In this document: in pieces, positions 63,029 through 64,000 of the stretch
Position numbering within the stretch: the stretch's first letter is position 1
How the letters are laid out: each line of letters begins with the position of its first letter
From: an uncultured cyanobacterium
GTDB taxonomy: Bacteria > Cyanobacteriota > Cyanobacteriia > CAKZMO01
Reading direction: 5' to 3'
Assembly (NCBI GenBank): GCA_963719515.1
Contig: CAVRCJ010000001.1
Coordinates: forward strand, 32,001 to 96,000
Length of the DNA stretch: 64,000 nucleotides
Position numbers and translations under genes: made by a program
The notes under the pieces: generated by a model
The model's input: only the letters and a program-made list of their open reading frames with translations
Told to the model about the DNA's origin: nothing
Database searches by the model: none

Positions 63029-63568
63029 ATGACCGCCCGTCGCCCCAAAGAGACACCCCCCGACTCAGTGACCGCTCGAAAGGCAACGCCAGATGAAGTG
63101 GCTTACCGCGATGGCTACCACGAAGGTCAGCAGGCCCAGCGCGCTGACGCTCAGCGCGCCAATGCCAACGCCCAGCGTCAGGTCCAGCGCACCCGCGAAA
63201 CTTCGAACGCGATGAATGGCCTGCTGCTTGGGCTCATCGTCGCTGCTGCCGTCGGTTTACTGATTGGCGCGATCGCCTATCTCAGCCGAACCGACAACAC
63301 GGTGGAGCCGGTGGTGCAGCCTGAAACCGAGGAGCCGTCGTCGAACACCACAATCATCGAGCGGACAATTGAGCGCACGGAGACGGCTGTTCCCGCACCG
63401 TCTGAGATCAATCCGCCTGACCTAAATGTCGAAATCGTTGCGCCTGAACCTCCAGCGCCAGAAGCAACATCAGAATCAGCACCGGAAGCCTCGGAGTCTC
63501 CTGCGCCCGAGCCGCCCGAGGCAGAGCCTGCGCCCGAACCGGTGGTGGAGCCTGCCCCGGTCCAGTAG
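63029..63568 (+). CDS. Hypothetical single-pass membrane protein with a Pro/Glu-rich tail
   Basis: AYRDGY motif, one TM helix, TTIIERT motif; GAGGTG RBS. Confidence 0.75.
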   Translation: MTARRPKETPPDSVTARKATPDEVAYRDGYHEGQQAQRADAQRANANAQRQVQRTRETSNAMNGLLLGLIVAAAVGLLIGAIAYLSRTDNTVEPVVQPETEEPSSNTTIIERTIERTETAVPAPSEINPPDLNVEIVAPEPPAPEATSESAPEASESPAPEPPEAEPAPEPVVEPAPVQ

Positions 63569-63589
63569 ACCGCTGCACTGAGGCCCCTC

Positions 63590-63693
63590 ATGCTGGGGCT
63601 GTAGGGGTAGGTTTCGCCGCCGCGAAACGTCGGCTCAAGGATTGCCCAGACTGGGGACCAGTCGGCGGCCTTGATGGGCCGTATCGCTACCAT
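63590..63693 (-). pseudogene. N-terminal fragment of a GNAT acetyltransferase
   Basis: MVAIRPIKAADWSPVWAILEPTFRGGETYPY resembles a GNAT N-terminus; similarity stops at the 3' end of the convergent gene. Confidence 0.6.
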
Positions 63694-63773
63694 GGGGGGC
63701 TTCCTCAGCCAAAGGGCACCGGATGATATTAGCAGCGATACGGCCCATCTCGCCGGTTCGAGGCGCAGAGGCG

Positions 63774-63998
63774 CTATCGCTGGATGGGGGCGTCTAGGGT
63801 GCGCTGCCGCGTGAGGTAGGCCATCATCTGACCCTGGCTTTGGGTGATCCTGATGCCGTCGGGGCCAACCTTGAAGGGGCCGGCCCACAGGAAGTGCTCG
63901 ACGTAGCGGCGGACGTGGAGCACGTAGATGGCTTCGCGGATGCCTTCGGGAGAGCCGATGAGGATGTGGCGGATGATTTCGCCGTTGGGGTCGGCCTC
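63774..63998 (-). CDS. C-terminal part of a cyanobacterial hypothetical protein; begins beyond the window
   Basis: My own translation: EADPNGEIIRHILIGSPEGIREAIYVLHVRRYVEHFLWAGPFKVGPDGIRITQSQGQMMAYLTRQRTLDAPIQR*; strong C-ending codon bias. Confidence 0.7.
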   Translation of the reverse strand, partial: EADPNGEIIRHILIGSPEGIREAIYVLHVRRYVEHFLWAGPFKVGPDGIRITQSQGQMMAYLTRQRTLDAPIQR

Positions 63999-64000
63999 GG

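Overview
Cyanobacterial chromosomal segment. The octamer HIP1 (GCGATCGC) is abundant, and the window carries ndhD, tocopherol cyclase, a helical carotenoid protein and NblB-like genes; a fairly GC-rich filamentous, Leptolyngbya-like organism is a plausible inference. Most genes are housekeeping: secDF, ppk1, sbcC, accB-efp, cyclophilin-thiL, tRNA-Arg(CCT), cysS, rpsF with an S6:S18-type leader, smpB, ndhD, tRNA-Gln(TTG), sppA, msrA, gloA and eno. Accessory content: two large secreted carbohydrate-binding/Ig-like proteins at the left edge; an apparently intact ~1.49 kb IS200/IS605-family TnpB element with no tnpA but a divergent ribbon-helix-helix gene and a phased operator-like repeat; a solute-binding/vWA three-gene operon; an S8 protease split by a 5'-truncated IS630 fragment; and a short MITE-like element. 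The two most striking observations are (i) a 72-aa precursor made of a signal peptide plus three identical 16-aa units, preceded by six TGA-core boxes at exact 11-bp spacing and located between an Omp85 gene and a signal-peptide-bearing msrA, and (ii) the RHH-associated TnpB element. Several single-base frameshifts (cysS, a membrane protein gene, about five in one histidine kinase) suggest indel errors in the assembly. All product calls come from motif recognition by eye; no database search was run.
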